Below are positions 8,283-17,854 of a DNA stretch of 57,595 nucleotides, piece after piece (position 1 is the first letter of the stretch; each line of letters begins with the position of its first letter). Source of the DNA: a virus; IMG/VR virus record IMGVR_UViG_3300030248_000076, positions 1 to 57,595 of that record; one strand, 5' to 3'. The notes under the pieces are model-generated. The model saw only the letters and a program-made list of their open reading frames with translations. It made no database searches and was not told the DNA's origin. A program made the position numbers and the translations under genes.

Positions 8283-8628
8283 AGTCACCGTCCGTAGTAA
8301 TGATGTTGATGGAGCCCGTAAGGCGCCTTGTGTCCTGATCGATTTCAAGCTCGATCGATTCAACCGATTCGACGCCCGGCACGGCCTCCGCTGCTTCGCG
8401 CAGTCTTGAAGCTACAACCGCCCTTTGAATGGGCTTGCCGAGCTGGTCAGTAAACCAATCGATGCCGCGTTCGCTTTCAAAGTAGAGATCGTTTGTGAAG
8501 CATCGGCAGTCATTCGCTACGGCCTGACAGATCGCAGCTGTGCTTTGACACATGACGATCTGCCCCGCACTATCGATTTGAAACCCCCAGTTGTCTGTGA
8601 GCTTCGGTGTGTATGCCGTATGCGTCAT
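8260..8628 (-). CDS. Baseplate wedge protein (gp25/W position)
   Basis: 122 aa, located between the spike and J-like genes. Confidence 0.5.
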   Translation of the reverse strand: MTHTAYTPKLTDNWGFQIDSAGQIVMCQSTAAICQAVANDCRCFTNDLYFESERGIDWFTDQLGKPIQRAVVASRLREAAEAVPGVESVESIELEIDQDTRRLTGSINIITTDGDYGRAELR

Positions 8629-8642
8629 TTGTTTCTCTTCGT

Positions 8643-9479
8643 CTATTGAGGCGTCCCTGTCGTTCCGGAACCGCCCTGTACGCCACCGTGAACATGGCCT
8701 TGCAGACTGATTCCGCCCGCCTGCACATCGCCTGTGGTTTTCATGCTGCCGTCGACTGTGGCGCCAGAGCCGCCGCTTACAGCAAGACCGCCCGTGCCCG
8801 TAATTTGGCCAACAACCATCAGCGTTTTTTCAATCTTCGTATCGCCGGTGATCGTCACTTTGGGGCTGTCTACTTTCGTTGAGCCAGAAGCGTTTATCGT
8901 CGCCGTCTCGGTATTCACCGTCGCAGCACTCGAAGCATTGACAACGATGTTCTCGCAGTCAATGGTGATTTGGGGGCTTTCGACGTGCTCCGATTTCGGT
9001 GCCACGATGTGCAAGGTGCCGTCATCTTCGATATGAATGAAGGTTTTCGGCGCCGACCCCCAAAAGCCGCCGAGGAAAAAGCCATCAGAAATGTCGAAGC
9101 ATCGGAAAGACCCCGGTTGAACCGGTTCGTTTCCACCCGAAAGCACGCTTACATCCTGCTGCGCAAAGACTGCAAGACCGATATCGCCGGGCTTGGGGTC
9201 GCAAATGATTGCCGCCGAGCCGTGTTGATAGCGGAACCAACGCAACTTAGGGATGCTTACAGTCGGCAAGGCCGTTCCGTCCGCCGCGCGCATTTTTACG
9301 AGCGGCGTTGCGGACAGATATGCTGCGCCTCCGCCCTCGCCCGGGCGCTCGATTGTGTCTACGCGCACGGGGATGGCTGTATTGACCTTGTTCGTGATGA
9401 TCGACCACACAAAGAAGTTCAGCGCATTCAGCTCGCTCGATCCAGTGAAGTCGGTCGCGTTTTGAAGTCGTTCAGTCAT
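8643..9479 (-). CDS. Baseplate central spike (gpV / Mu gp45-like)
   Basis: OB-fold-like N-terminal half, C-terminal beta-helix repeats ending in GISLQGHVHGGVQGG (HxH apex). Confidence 0.75.
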   Translation of the reverse strand: MTERLQNATDFTGSSELNALNFFVWSIITNKVNTAIPVRVDTIERPGEGGGAAYLSATPLVKMRAADGTALPTVSIPKLRWFRYQHGSAAIICDPKPGDIGLAVFAQQDVSVLSGGNEPVQPGSFRCFDISDGFFLGGFWGSAPKTFIHIEDDGTLHIVAPKSEHVESPQITIDCENIVVNASSAATVNTETATINASGSTKVDSPKVTITGDTKIEKTLMVVGQITGTGGLAVSGGSGATVDGSMKTTGDVQAGGISLQGHVHGGVQGGSGTTGTPQ

Positions 9480-10332
9480 CGAGCCACATGCCTTCGAAGG
9501 AGGTTAGCCAAGCCCCAGAATTGGGAGTGTTTGCAGAGAGTTCGTGTGACAAGCTCACGATCTTCCAAACGCCAGAGGCCGACGGCACGATTGACGAAAC
9601 CCGTACTGCCGCGCCAATCCGGAGATCAGGACGAAAGTAGCTGCTGACCTGTATGCCTGTGCCGGAGAAGGTCGGATAGCCAATCATGCCGGTATCGGCC
9701 GACACAACCGGAATTCCGCCCTCTGCTTGGCGCACCTTGCCTCTGGGCACAAGGGCGATTTGATCATCATCGATGATGAGATCAGCCCCTACAGCATCAG
9801 CAACGGCGCGCATTTTTGTGATCGGATCGCCCGTTATCACACAGTCTGAAAGCGTTGCGTCAACGCCCTCGTTTTTAAACGTCTTTCCGGTCTGACTCGC
9901 GAGCATTTGCAGAACTTCGCCCACGGACTGCTGACCGGAAACCGCATACTGCGGCGTCGGATCCAAAATCGGATAGGCGCCGGTCTTTGCTTCCATTTTG
10001 AGCACTGGTGAGGATCCGTTTAAATCTGCATAAGCAGAGGTCACTTCGCCTTGAAAAATGGAAGAAAGGGTGCCGCCGCTCTCTCCTGCTTCAATCGCCA
10101 GAAGATTCCAACGACGCCCAAGCGGACGGAAGCTCAGCACCGTAAGCTGAGCCATCACGTCAAGCGTCAGGCCGTAGATTTCAATCGCACACTGCGCGAA
10201 GTCGACGCCGCCGGTCTTTGAGATCGATACGTGAGTAGCAAAACCCTCAAAGACCTTTTGGTTATTCATTCCCGACTTATCAAGAGTGACTGTGGCCCGA
10301 ATGACCTTCTTGCTGAACGTCATGCTTGCCAT
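9472..10332 (-). CDS. Baseplate hub protein (gpD / Mu gp44 position)
   Basis: Synteny between the tape measure and the spike; 286 aa. Confidence 0.5.
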   Translation of the reverse strand: MASMTFSKKVIRATVTLDKSGMNNQKVFEGFATHVSISKTGGVDFAQCAIEIYGLTLDVMAQLTVLSFRPLGRRWNLLAIEAGESGGTLSSIFQGEVTSAYADLNGSSPVLKMEAKTGAYPILDPTPQYAVSGQQSVGEVLQMLASQTGKTFKNEGVDATLSDCVITGDPITKMRAVADAVGADLIIDDDQIALVPRGKVRQAEGGIPVVSADTGMIGYPTFSGTGIQVSSYFRPDLRIGAAVRVSSIVPSASGVWKIVSLSHELSANTPNSGAWLTSFEGMWLDD

Positions 10333-10649
10333 TCTTCACCCTCAGAAAGGTAGTAGAGCTTGAAACGCGATCCCAACTCGTCGTATCTCGGATGCTCCGA
10401 GCCGAGTGTATCTACGAAAACCAAGTGACCGGAGAAGTCGTTTGTTTTGAAGGCCGGCACGGGAATTCGGTTGTTGCACAACTGTTCAGAGAACACGTCA
10501 ACCTGATCAATCGTGCCGGATGCATAAAGACCATTCCCCATCTGCCTCAACGTAATAACGCAGTTCTGCCCGTCGAGAACGATCGAGAACTGCTGATGAG
10601 GAATCGGAGTTAAAGGGATCAGCTGCAATTTATCCTCCAAAAGTATCAT
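10320..10649 (-). CDS. Tail/baseplate assembly protein, unknown
   Basis: 109-aa ORF translationally coupled within the baseplate operon. Confidence 0.45.
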   Translation of the reverse strand: MILLEDKLQLIPLTPIPHQQFSIVLDGQNCVITLRQMGNGLYASGTIDQVDVFSEQLCNNRIPVPAFKTNDFSGHLVFVDTLGSEHPRYDELGSRFKLYYLSEGEEWQA

Positions 10650-11136
10650 TCAGAATGCTGTTCTCCGGTTGTTTTCGTCCGACATCAGCTTTGCTCGCGC
10701 CGGACGGATTCTTAGGAGCCCAAACGGCGGTTGCGCCGCCCACCTGCGCACTGCGCACCTCTTGGAGCGTAAGTTCGATGATCAGCATGTTGCCCCCCGA
10801 AGAAGCCGAGCGCGTCACCGACAAACCGACAACCGTCATGCGCTCGCGCACTGAGGCGGGGGTTACAACGGTGAAAAGCTCGGTGCTTCTCAGGGCGCGC
10901 TCAACAATTGCCAAAGCGGCCTGCTGTTTGGAGTAGTCGCCGGAGAAAAGCAAAGACACGCTGATCTGATTCGGCTGCGGGACCTTGTCATATGCATACA
11001 AGGCGCCGTTTTCCTGCGGTTCTGTAGGCACAGAAGCAGATGAATCGTCTGCGAAGTCATCGATCGAGTCGTAATCGCAGATCTTTTGTCCGCTTGCCGT
11101 GACTACAGCCCACGTTGCGTTGTTGGACTGCGCCAT
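10630..11136 (-). CDS. Tail protein downstream of the tape measure (DNA-circulation/hub-associated position)
   Basis: 168-aa ORF immediately after the tape measure gene. Confidence 0.45.
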   Translation of the reverse strand: MAQSNNATWAVVTASGQKICDYDSIDDFADDSSASVPTEPQENGALYAYDKVPQPNQISVSLLFSGDYSKQQAALAIVERALRSTELFTVVTPASVRERMTVVGLSVTRSASSGGNMLIIELTLQEVRSAQVGGATAVWAPKNPSGASKADVGRKQPENSILNDTFGG

Positions 11137-11140
11137 CTTG

Positions 11141-13288
11141 TCACCCCTTCTGTACTACGCCAGTAGCGGCATTTGCGATCAGGTCCTTCCCTCGCATCAT
11201 GGCGCGGTTGACGCCCTGACTCACAGCTTCGCCGACAGCCTTGGGATCCGCATCCGTTTGAATATGCGTTTCTACCGTCACGCGAAGGTTGTTTTTCACT
11301 GATGGTGAGGAGTCTGATCCGGCTGTATGCGCTGCAATGACGCCTGCGGGAGAAGCACCAAGCATGGCCGCCGACGGCTGAACGAGCGTCGAACTTGCAT
11401 CAGAACCGCCAGTGAACATCTTGGACAGAAATTCACTGAACTGCCTGCGTTCTTCGGCCGCCTTTTCTTCAGCCTTTTGGCGCTCAACAGCCAAGTGCAG
11501 CAGTCGCTTAGTTTCTTCTAAGCTCTGCTCAACCTCCTGGGCAAACCGTTCTTCCGGAGGCCGCTCCATTTCATCAATCTGATTGTTGAGAAACGCCTCG
11601 TGCCGAGCATAAAAATCATCCTGATCGGCTTTCGGTTTTGCCCTCTTCGTTTTGGTCTGTTGCTTCGGCTCCTCTTTCTTTTCGTCATCGTCACCGAAGC
11701 CGAAGAAAGATTTCACCTTGCCCACAGCCTTATCGGCCATGCCCTTAGCTGTATCAGCAACCTTGCCAAAGTCAATATCAAAGATTGACGCGATGGCATC
11801 CTTGATCGGCGTGATGAAGATGGCTAGAAACGACTCGTACAGATGCTTAGCAAAGGCATCGAACCCGCCGCTAATGGCGCTGGGAAGACCCGTGAAAAAC
11901 TTCTCGACGCCATCCATCACCTTTACGAGCATCTTGAAAGGCGCTGCGATGAAGCTTCCAATCATGGAAGCCCCAACCTTCATGCCTTCCCAGAACTCTT
12001 TGGCGGACTTGGCCAGCCCATCGAAATTAATCAGATTGGCGAACCCTGAGACGACAGCTTTGACTTCTTGCCATCCAGCCTTAAATTGATTGGCAATGTG
12101 CTCAGGGATTTCTCCCAAAGCGACAATCCGCTTTCTCAGATTATCGATTTGCTTGTCGCTGAGCCCTAGCCAAGACAAAAATTTGCCAATAAGGCTGTTG
12201 CCGCCTCGCAAGAAGGCAAAGAGATCGTCCAGTGCAAGCCCGAGAGCAACCACCGCGGCGATTGTTGCGCCGACAGGGTTCATTGCAACGATGGCGTTGA
12301 ACCACTTCATAACCGGCATGCCGCCCTTGACGACGTTCATCAGGACAGTAAACGCTTTGGATGCCCCCAACACACTCTTGAGATACGATGCGCCGAAAAC
12401 CGCCGCGACCATGCCGCCCAAGAGCTTTACGCCCTTGGAGTGCTCGCTTAAGAACTTCACCCCATCCGACAGCGCTTTCAAGACTTTTGTCATGACTGGC
12501 ATGACAACGGTCATGAGGATACCGCCCAGTGATGAAGCCTGATTCGTGAACCACTTCCACTGCCGATTAAATTCGCGGGCTATCTTGACCTGTTCATCAG
12601 TCATAGCCACGCCTTCAAATGCTTTGGCAGCATCTTTGGCGGAATCGCGATACTTCAAAAAGACTGCGGCACTGTCTGCCGCCAAGCCTTGAGTCTTTAA
12701 AAACCTCTCGGCCTGTCGCTGATCGAGGCCCTTGATGTGTTCGCCCATGCGAAAGAACTCTTCCTCGCCCTTTCCGGCCGTAAGAATGAAGTTCTCTAAG
12801 GCGCCCTTAAAAGCCTCCTGACTGCCGCCGGCATCCTCATTTGCCTTCGCCCACGCGTCAATCTTCTGGGCTGACATGCCCAAACGATCAGACAGCTTGG
12901 CCAGAGCGTCACCGCCCTGCGAAAACTGCTGAAAGAGTTTTTGCCCGGCGAAGGCCGCTAACAGCGGACCGCCTAAGCTTTTGAGGATGTTTGTAACGCC
13001 GGACGCCTTGGCGCCGATCGTATCCATAGCTCTAGAGACAGTAAGGGCAGCCTTCTGCCCTGCCGTCCCAATTTCCATGATGCGGTCGGCCACATCGTCC
13101 GATGTCCTGCCGACAACAATGCTCGTCTTTGACGCCGTTGCGGCAATCCGGTCGATTGAATCGCTTGAGCTTTCTGCGGTAGCGGAAACGCGCTCGATAG
13201 CCGCTGAAACAGACCGTAATCCGGCCTGCATTTCAGCGACATCCAGACCGATGCGGATCATCAAATTTTCAAGAATTCCGTCGGCCAT
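11141..13288 (-). CDS. Tail tape measure protein
   Basis: 715 aa, alpha-helical with central hydrophobic segments. Located after the chaperone pair. Confidence 0.85.
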   Translation of the reverse strand: MADGILENLMIRIGLDVAEMQAGLRSVSAAIERVSATAESSSDSIDRIAATASKTSIVVGRTSDDVADRIMEIGTAGQKAALTVSRAMDTIGAKASGVTNILKSLGGPLLAAFAGQKLFQQFSQGGDALAKLSDRLGMSAQKIDAWAKANEDAGGSQEAFKGALENFILTAGKGEEEFFRMGEHIKGLDQRQAERFLKTQGLAADSAAVFLKYRDSAKDAAKAFEGVAMTDEQVKIAREFNRQWKWFTNQASSLGGILMTVVMPVMTKVLKALSDGVKFLSEHSKGVKLLGGMVAAVFGASYLKSVLGASKAFTVLMNVVKGGMPVMKWFNAIVAMNPVGATIAAVVALGLALDDLFAFLRGGNSLIGKFLSWLGLSDKQIDNLRKRIVALGEIPEHIANQFKAGWQEVKAVVSGFANLINFDGLAKSAKEFWEGMKVGASMIGSFIAAPFKMLVKVMDGVEKFFTGLPSAISGGFDAFAKHLYESFLAIFITPIKDAIASIFDIDFGKVADTAKGMADKAVGKVKSFFGFGDDDEKKEEPKQQTKTKRAKPKADQDDFYARHEAFLNNQIDEMERPPEERFAQEVEQSLEETKRLLHLAVERQKAEEKAAEERRQFSEFLSKMFTGGSDASSTLVQPSAAMLGASPAGVIAAHTAGSDSSPSVKNNLRVTVETHIQTDADPKAVGEAVSQGVNRAMMRGKDLIANAATGVVQKG

Positions 13289-13897
13289 TTTCTTCCCCTA
13301 GCTTCTGTGCCAGCCAATTGTGATAGTTCTCAATGAGTAAACATTCGTCAAGGTTGGCCGCATCTTCGAAGGTGAGCGTTGTCTTAAGTTCCGCAAGCGT
13401 TGCCAGCCGAGCGGTGATGATTCGTCCGCACATCGGAGGCACGTTGGCGAAACTCGCCGTTGCTTTTACTGCACGACAGGCTGCTGCGAAGCCGGCACCT
13501 CTGGGGAGCTTGACTTCGCGGCGTCCTGCAAAAAACCGAAGTTCGCTTTCAGCGCCTCCATTCGCAGACGAATGAGCGTTGTCGGGAGCTGCACCATGTG
13601 AAGCGCTGGCGTAACGTTTTTGCGCACGCCCTCGATGTCAATAAGGCAGCAGTCAAGCAGCTCATCCAAGAGCGGCTTGGCATCCTCGTACTTAACCTTG
13701 CAAAGCGCAGCCAACAAGTCACCAAAATCGCGCTTGTTCTGAAGCTGAACCACTTCTGCGCCCAAGAGCAGGCCGGCGCGGATCATCCACGCTTCGGCCG
13801 AAAAGGCGCCCATCTTACGAATGACAAACTTGAGCTTTCGCGTCTTTCCTTCGAAGTCGACGCCATCATCAAGCTCAATCTTGACCTCATCATCCAT
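13269..13897 (-). CDS. Tail assembly chaperone, -1 frameshift fusion product (GT-like)
   Basis: From the slippery site at 13529-13535 the -1 frame is open for 86 codons, to a TGA overlapping the tape-measure start. Confidence 0.7.
13466..13897 (-). CDS. Tail assembly chaperone (G-like, zero-frame product)
   Basis: 143 aa, acidic, between the tube and tape-measure genes. Confidence 0.75.
   Translation of the reverse strand: MDDEVKIELDDGVDFEGKTRKLKFVIRKMGAFSAEAWMIRAGLLLGAEVVQLQNKRDFGDLLAALCKVKYEDAKPLLDELLDCCLIDIEGVRKNVTPALHMVQLPTTLIRLRMEALKANFGFLQDAAKSSSPEVPASQQPVVQ
13529..13535 (-). promoter_or_regulatory. Programmed -1 ribosomal frameshift heptamer T_TTT_TTG
   Basis: Zero-frame codons are ggT TTT TTG, in canonical X_XXY_YYZ phase. 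Confidence 0.7.
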
Positions 13898-14326
13898 TTA
13901 CGCCACCTCCTGAAACTGCATCGTCCACGTGGTCGGCTGGAGTGTGCGGCCAAGCGCCGGAATAGTCGGTCCGGAAACGAGCACGCCGCGGCGGTAGACC
14001 ACGGTCTTATCCAGTGCAGGCAGAACGACAGTCAGCGTGAGCGCGTATGGCTTCTTGTTGTGCGCCATAGCGTCTCGGATCGTTTCAAAAACTTCCAAGC
14101 TCGGGGAGTTTGCTTCAAGCGTGATTGCAACCGGCTGAGGGTTGTAAATCACGCCCGCAACCAAGCGCCCATCAACGCCCTGACGAGCCTCGGTACGGTC
14201 AACAGGATCGGACGACATAACGGAGTCTGTAGAGAAGCCGTTAAGCTGCACGCCGCTCGGATAAAGAGTTTCACAAGCCAAAACCAGCTGCGCATTGGCG
14301 CTGGTTACGTCAAAATATTCGGCCAT
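13898..14326 (-). CDS. Tail tube protein (DUF3277-like)
   Basis: 142 aa, directly after the sheath gene. Confidence 0.7.
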   Translation of the reverse strand: MAEYFDVTSANAQLVLACETLYPSGVQLNGFSTDSVMSSDPVDRTEARQGVDGRLVAGVIYNPQPVAITLEANSPSLEVFETIRDAMAHNKKPYALTLTVVLPALDKTVVYRRGVLVSGPTIPALGRTLQPTTWTMQFQEVA

Positions 14327-14340
14327 TTTTTGCGCCCATA

Positions 14341-14369
14341 AAAAAGGCCGCTCCTGATGCGGGGCGGCC
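14341..14369 (-). terminator. Intrinsic terminator/attenuator between the sheath and tube genes
   Basis: Stem ggccgc/gcggcc, followed on the minus strand by TTTTTT. Confidence 0.65.
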
Positions 14370-14392
14370 GTGGGTTGGTTTTAGGTATTTGG

Positions 14393-15934
14393 TTAGAGGA
14401 CGGCGGTGACAGGAATTTCCAGTCGCTGGACGCTTCCTGCATATCCGTAGTAGACCGATACGATCGGGCTTCCGCGCTGTACTCGCACGTTGGCATCCGG
14501 CATCGCAACGCTGTACCAGTACCCGTTTGTGTACAGACTGTTCGAAATGTCTGTTCCGACCTCTTGCAGAATCTGCGTTTTCTGCGACTGGCTGAGCTCC
14601 AGACCCGTATCAATTACGCCGTTTCTCAGGCCGGTTTCGATCGGATCCTGTAGCCATGCGGAAATAAACGCTTGGCCGACCGCGTTGTACGGGGCGCGAT
14701 TGATTGACGTGAAACCGTCCATGCAAGAACGCTGGATTGCGTTGCGAAGCCAAATCGAGCCGTAAAGCGTGTCAATGAAGCCGTAATAATCACTCGTAAG
14801 CGCCCCCGTATTCATGAAGGTGAAACGAGAGTTTCGGGTGGCGAAAATGCCGTAGTACGAGCATCGGACAGCTTCCAGAGCGTCAGCCTGTGTTTCGTCG
14901 GAAACAAGCGGCGTCAGTCCAGATGAGCTCTTGGCAAACCACGCCTTGATGCCCTGTTCGCGCTGCCAATCGATCGAGGCGCCGACGGCAAGCACAAAGG
15001 CCGCAAAGTCATAGTTGCCGTAAACGCAGACCGTGCAGTTAAATTCCTTGCCCATTAAAAAAGCCGGCTTGGTGCCGGCTTGCGTCAGGGTGTTTGTTAC
15101 CTTCTCATCTGTCGTCCAGTCGACGTAGACGTAGTCATCGTCAATGTCTGCCCAAGCAGAGAATCCCTCGGCCTCGTCGGCCGACGCCTCCCACAGGGTC
15201 GTAAAGCCTACCCAATTACGCGTGACTGCGCCGACAGCTTCAAGCGCTTCGGTCTGCGTCTGGGCATCTGCGCCCTGCGACAGGACCGCGCCTTGATCAA
15301 CGGTAAGGCCGAGCATCGATGCTAGATCGGTGCCTTCAATAGCGACCGTGGAGGTGCCGACGATAGCCGATCCGACCGTTGCTCCGCCAACAGCCTCCGG
15401 CAGATCAATCGTCGCGTCCTTACCGACGGCAACCGTCGTGAATGTGAAGGTGTTGGTGTTGCTGTCGTAGCTGCCCGTCACGCCATCAATCTTGTCAGCG
15501 ATGATGGATGCCGCCTCACTGAGGCTGGTTGCAGCGCTCAAATCGATGCCCGATCCCGTAACAGTGGCGCCAGAAATAATCAGCGTCAGAGTGCCGTCGG
15601 TGACGGCCTTGAGTGCAGCAAGTGACGATTCGAGCTCTGCGCCGCGCACCCAAGCGGGCGCATCAGCCGCAACATAGCGCCCGATCACCAGCGTGTTAAT
15701 TGACTTCTGTGAGTTATTTACGCCAGTGAAGTACTGCTGAGCGAAGATCGCCTCATCGGACTCAGCGCCGAAAAGTGCGCTTACGGCAGACGCGCTGGAA
15801 AATTCCATCGCGGGCTGAGAGGACGGGAGCAAGGCGCTCTTGGTGAGCACCATACCGTTAGTTTCAAGATCGGCACTGCCGCCGCTGATTACGCGCGGAG
15901 ATACCGAGACAATGTGCGACGCAGGAATCGTCAT
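14393..15934 (-). CDS. Tail sheath protein (DUF3383-like)
   Basis: 513 aa. N-terminus MTIPASHIVSVSPRVISGG is typical of DUF3383 sheaths. Synteny fits. Confidence 0.8.
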   Translation of the reverse strand: MTIPASHIVSVSPRVISGGSADLETNGMVLTKSALLPSSQPAMEFSSASAVSALFGAESDEAIFAQQYFTGVNNSQKSINTLVIGRYVAADAPAWVRGAELESSLAALKAVTDGTLTLIISGATVTGSGIDLSAATSLSEAASIIADKIDGVTGSYDSNTNTFTFTTVAVGKDATIDLPEAVGGATVGSAIVGTSTVAIEGTDLASMLGLTVDQGAVLSQGADAQTQTEALEAVGAVTRNWVGFTTLWEASADEAEGFSAWADIDDDYVYVDWTTDEKVTNTLTQAGTKPAFLMGKEFNCTVCVYGNYDFAAFVLAVGASIDWQREQGIKAWFAKSSSGLTPLVSDETQADALEAVRCSYYGIFATRNSRFTFMNTGALTSDYYGFIDTLYGSIWLRNAIQRSCMDGFTSINRAPYNAVGQAFISAWLQDPIETGLRNGVIDTGLELSQSQKTQILQEVGTDISNSLYTNGYWYSVAMPDANVRVQRGSPIVSVYYGYAGSVQRLEIPVTAVL

Positions 15935-15938
15935 CTAT

Positions 15939-16490
15939 TTACTCCTTGGGAGGAAATTTCACGTCGACGTTTGCGATGTCGACACTGACAGAATCGAAAG
16001 ACGGCTCCTGAACTTGGAGCACTTTCTTTAGCCCAAAATGGAGCGTCAGACTCCATCGGGATACGTATTGGCCTGCGTCCATTACTACCGTAAGGTTTTG
16101 CAAGCTATCGGCGTACTGAAGATCAAGCCCGAAGGACTTGAATAGCTGGACGCCATAAGATGAGCGGGCAAAAGCTTCGTAAGCCTGTGCCCGCTGTTGT
16201 GCCGTTACGCGGTTGGTTGAGTAGCAATCAACCTGTACAGCTATGGTGAAGTAAACATTTAGCTTTACTGCCTCGCCCCCCGGATCAAACGACTCGATCG
16301 TTGTTCCGTTTCGTTCGGTAGTGATTGGCGTAAAGACGCAGAAATCGTTGCCGTCTGATGGCAAACCAACATCATTCAGAAAGCCGTTAAGCAAATGTTG
16401 GTTGTCTGCCTTGGGGAGCTTCGGCAGCGCATATGTGCCCAGATAAGCACGCATCGCTTTTGTTATTTGGTCAACGGTCAGATCGTCCAT
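15939..16490 (-). CDS. Neck / tail terminator-type protein (putative)
   Basis: Start MDDLTVDQ. Position is immediately upstream of the sheath gene. Confidence 0.45.
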   Translation of the reverse strand: MDDLTVDQITKAMRAYLGTYALPKLPKADNQHLLNGFLNDVGLPSDGNDFCVFTPITTERNGTTIESFDPGGEAVKLNVYFTIAVQVDCYSTNRVTAQQRAQAYEAFARSSYGVQLFKSFGLDLQYADSLQNLTVVMDAGQYVSRWSLTLHFGLKKVLQVQEPSFDSVSVDIANVDVKFPPKE

Positions 16491-16930
16491 GGCGTGGGCT
16501 CTCCTATGCCGTCGTTTATCCAGATCGTTTTGCGCGTTGTCTGCATTTGCACTTGCAGGCAAACCCACCCAGAACGCGTGAAATCCTCAATGACCGCATT
16601 CACCAGCCACAAGCATCCGGTCTCATCTTTGATGTAATCGCCTGTCTTAGAAAGCGGACGAAACATTGACCATGCTTTTGTATCGGCGAATAGGTACATC
16701 TTTCGCAGGGTTGCAGCCATCGAGATATCCTCGACGCGCTGAACTACGTCCGAGCCCAGCGATTGGAGCTGAGCCTTTACCGGAACACCGGCTGCAAAAA
16801 GTTGGACCGGATCTCCCTGATCGTCCTCACCGTAATCTCCAACAGAGCGGTAAAGCGTCGCTGATATGTCTGGATGCACTGAGCTGATCGCGCCGCGCAC
16901 GATGGAATGCAGATTGAGCCCTGTACTCAT
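16478..16930 (-). CDS. Neck/tail completion protein (putative)
   Basis: Start MSTGLNLH. Located in the neck module. Confidence 0.4.
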   Translation of the reverse strand: MSTGLNLHSIVRGAISSVHPDISATLYRSVGDYGEDDQGDPVQLFAAGVPVKAQLQSLGSDVVQRVEDISMAATLRKMYLFADTKAWSMFRPLSKTGDYIKDETGCLWLVNAVIEDFTRSGWVCLQVQMQTTRKTIWINDGIGEPTPWTI

Positions 16931-17043
16931 GAGAGCACCTTTGACACAAGGGCGTAAAACAACCAAGAAACGCCGCACCATGCCGCGGCCGCAATCGCCC
17001 ACGCAAAGGCTTTGCCGTAGGGCGGTAAATCTTTATTCGCCAT
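16927..17043 (-). CDS. Tiny single-TM protein (MANKDLPPYGK...)
   Basis: 38-aa ORF with a hydrophobic C-terminal half. Paralogous to the ORF at 17064-17174. Confidence 0.45.
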   Translation of the reverse strand: MANKDLPPYGKAFAWAIAAAAWCGVSWLFYALVSKVLS

Positions 17044-17063
17044 AAACATACGTACAAAACCTC

Positions 17064-17174
17064 TTAAATTAGCCAAAGACCGGCGCAAACCACAAAAAAT
17101 GCCAGCGCAGCTATGAGCAAGGCACACGAGTACACCAGCACTCTTCCGTGAAGGGGTAATTCCTTGTTTTGCAT
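17064..17174 (-). CDS. Tiny single-TM protein (MQNKELPLHGR...), not in the ORF track
   Basis: Hand translation gives 36 aa, MQNKELPLHGRVLVYSCALLIAALAFFVVCAGLWLI. Shares M-x-N-K-[ED]-L-P-x-[HY]-G-[RK] with its neighbour. Confidence 0.4.
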   Translation of the reverse strand: MQNKELPLHGRVLVYSCALLIAALAFFVVCAGLWLI

Positions 17175-17245
17175 AGCATTAGACACATCAACTGTGATTC
17201 GTACTAAAATAGATTTCATCTGAAATGAACCTTCAGATATGCAAA

Positions 17246-17276
17246 AGCCCGCGGGGAGTGATGATCCTCGCGGGCT
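17246..17276 (-). terminator. Hairpin/terminator after the tail-completion gene
   Basis: 12-bp stem agcccgcgggga/tcctcgcgggct, with only a short T run on the minus strand. Confidence 0.5.
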
Positions 17277-17298
17277 ATCTTTTTGCTTGTTGTTCAGC

Positions 17299-17850
17299 TC
17301 ATTCGAGCTTGTATGTGATTGCGTTCAGCAGTGATCCGGAAAGAACCAGCGGCTTATCCGTATCAGAATTGCCGCCTTCGCCCTTTCGATCTCCTTTGAG
17401 CGCCTGATAAAGCGCCATCGTGAGTGAGGAGCGTTTGGGAAACTTCTGTTTGGAAGTGCCGCCTTTAATGATCGTTTCGCGGATATCTTCGGCTGCGACC
17501 ATGCCCACTCGGATCAACGCAAGGTCAAAGTTGAACAGGTCGCGAGCTAAAGAGTTCTGCATGACGTCTTTCCATTTCTTCCGCTCTGCGGAGAAAGTTC
17601 CTCGTAGGAAAGGACGAGGCGGATTGACAAGCGACGAGCCCGGTGCGGGCGCTGATCCGCCCAAAACGCCCGACAAATACCGAGACTGCTTCTCTGTTAC
17701 GCGCTGAACCCAGCCGTATTCGACATATTTCGCATACTCGGCTACGTCGCTTTTGTCGTCGATGCCGACCAGCACGCTTTTGGGCATTCGCTGTTCAAGT
17801 TTTTTTTGCAGACTCGCCAGGTTGCCTGACGCCTTGATCGATATCGTCAT
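17299..17850 (-). CDS. Head-tail joining / tail completion protein (HK97 gp10-like)
   Basis: Start MTISIKAS. NPPRPFLR motif, located in the neck module. Confidence 0.6.
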   Translation of the reverse strand: MTISIKASGNLASLQKKLEQRMPKSVLVGIDDKSDVAEYAKYVEYGWVQRVTEKQSRYLSGVLGGSAPAPGSSLVNPPRPFLRGTFSAERKKWKDVMQNSLARDLFNFDLALIRVGMVAAEDIRETIIKGGTSKQKFPKRSSLTMALYQALKGDRKGEGGNSDTDKPLVLSGSLLNAITYKLE

Positions 17851-17854
17851 AAGT

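Noticed and set aside
16350-16359. gccgtctgat, a 9/10 match to the Neisseria DNA uptake sequence, as a host clue
   Set aside because: It is a single imperfect copy in 57 kb, which is not informative. The host genus cannot be assigned from this window by eye.
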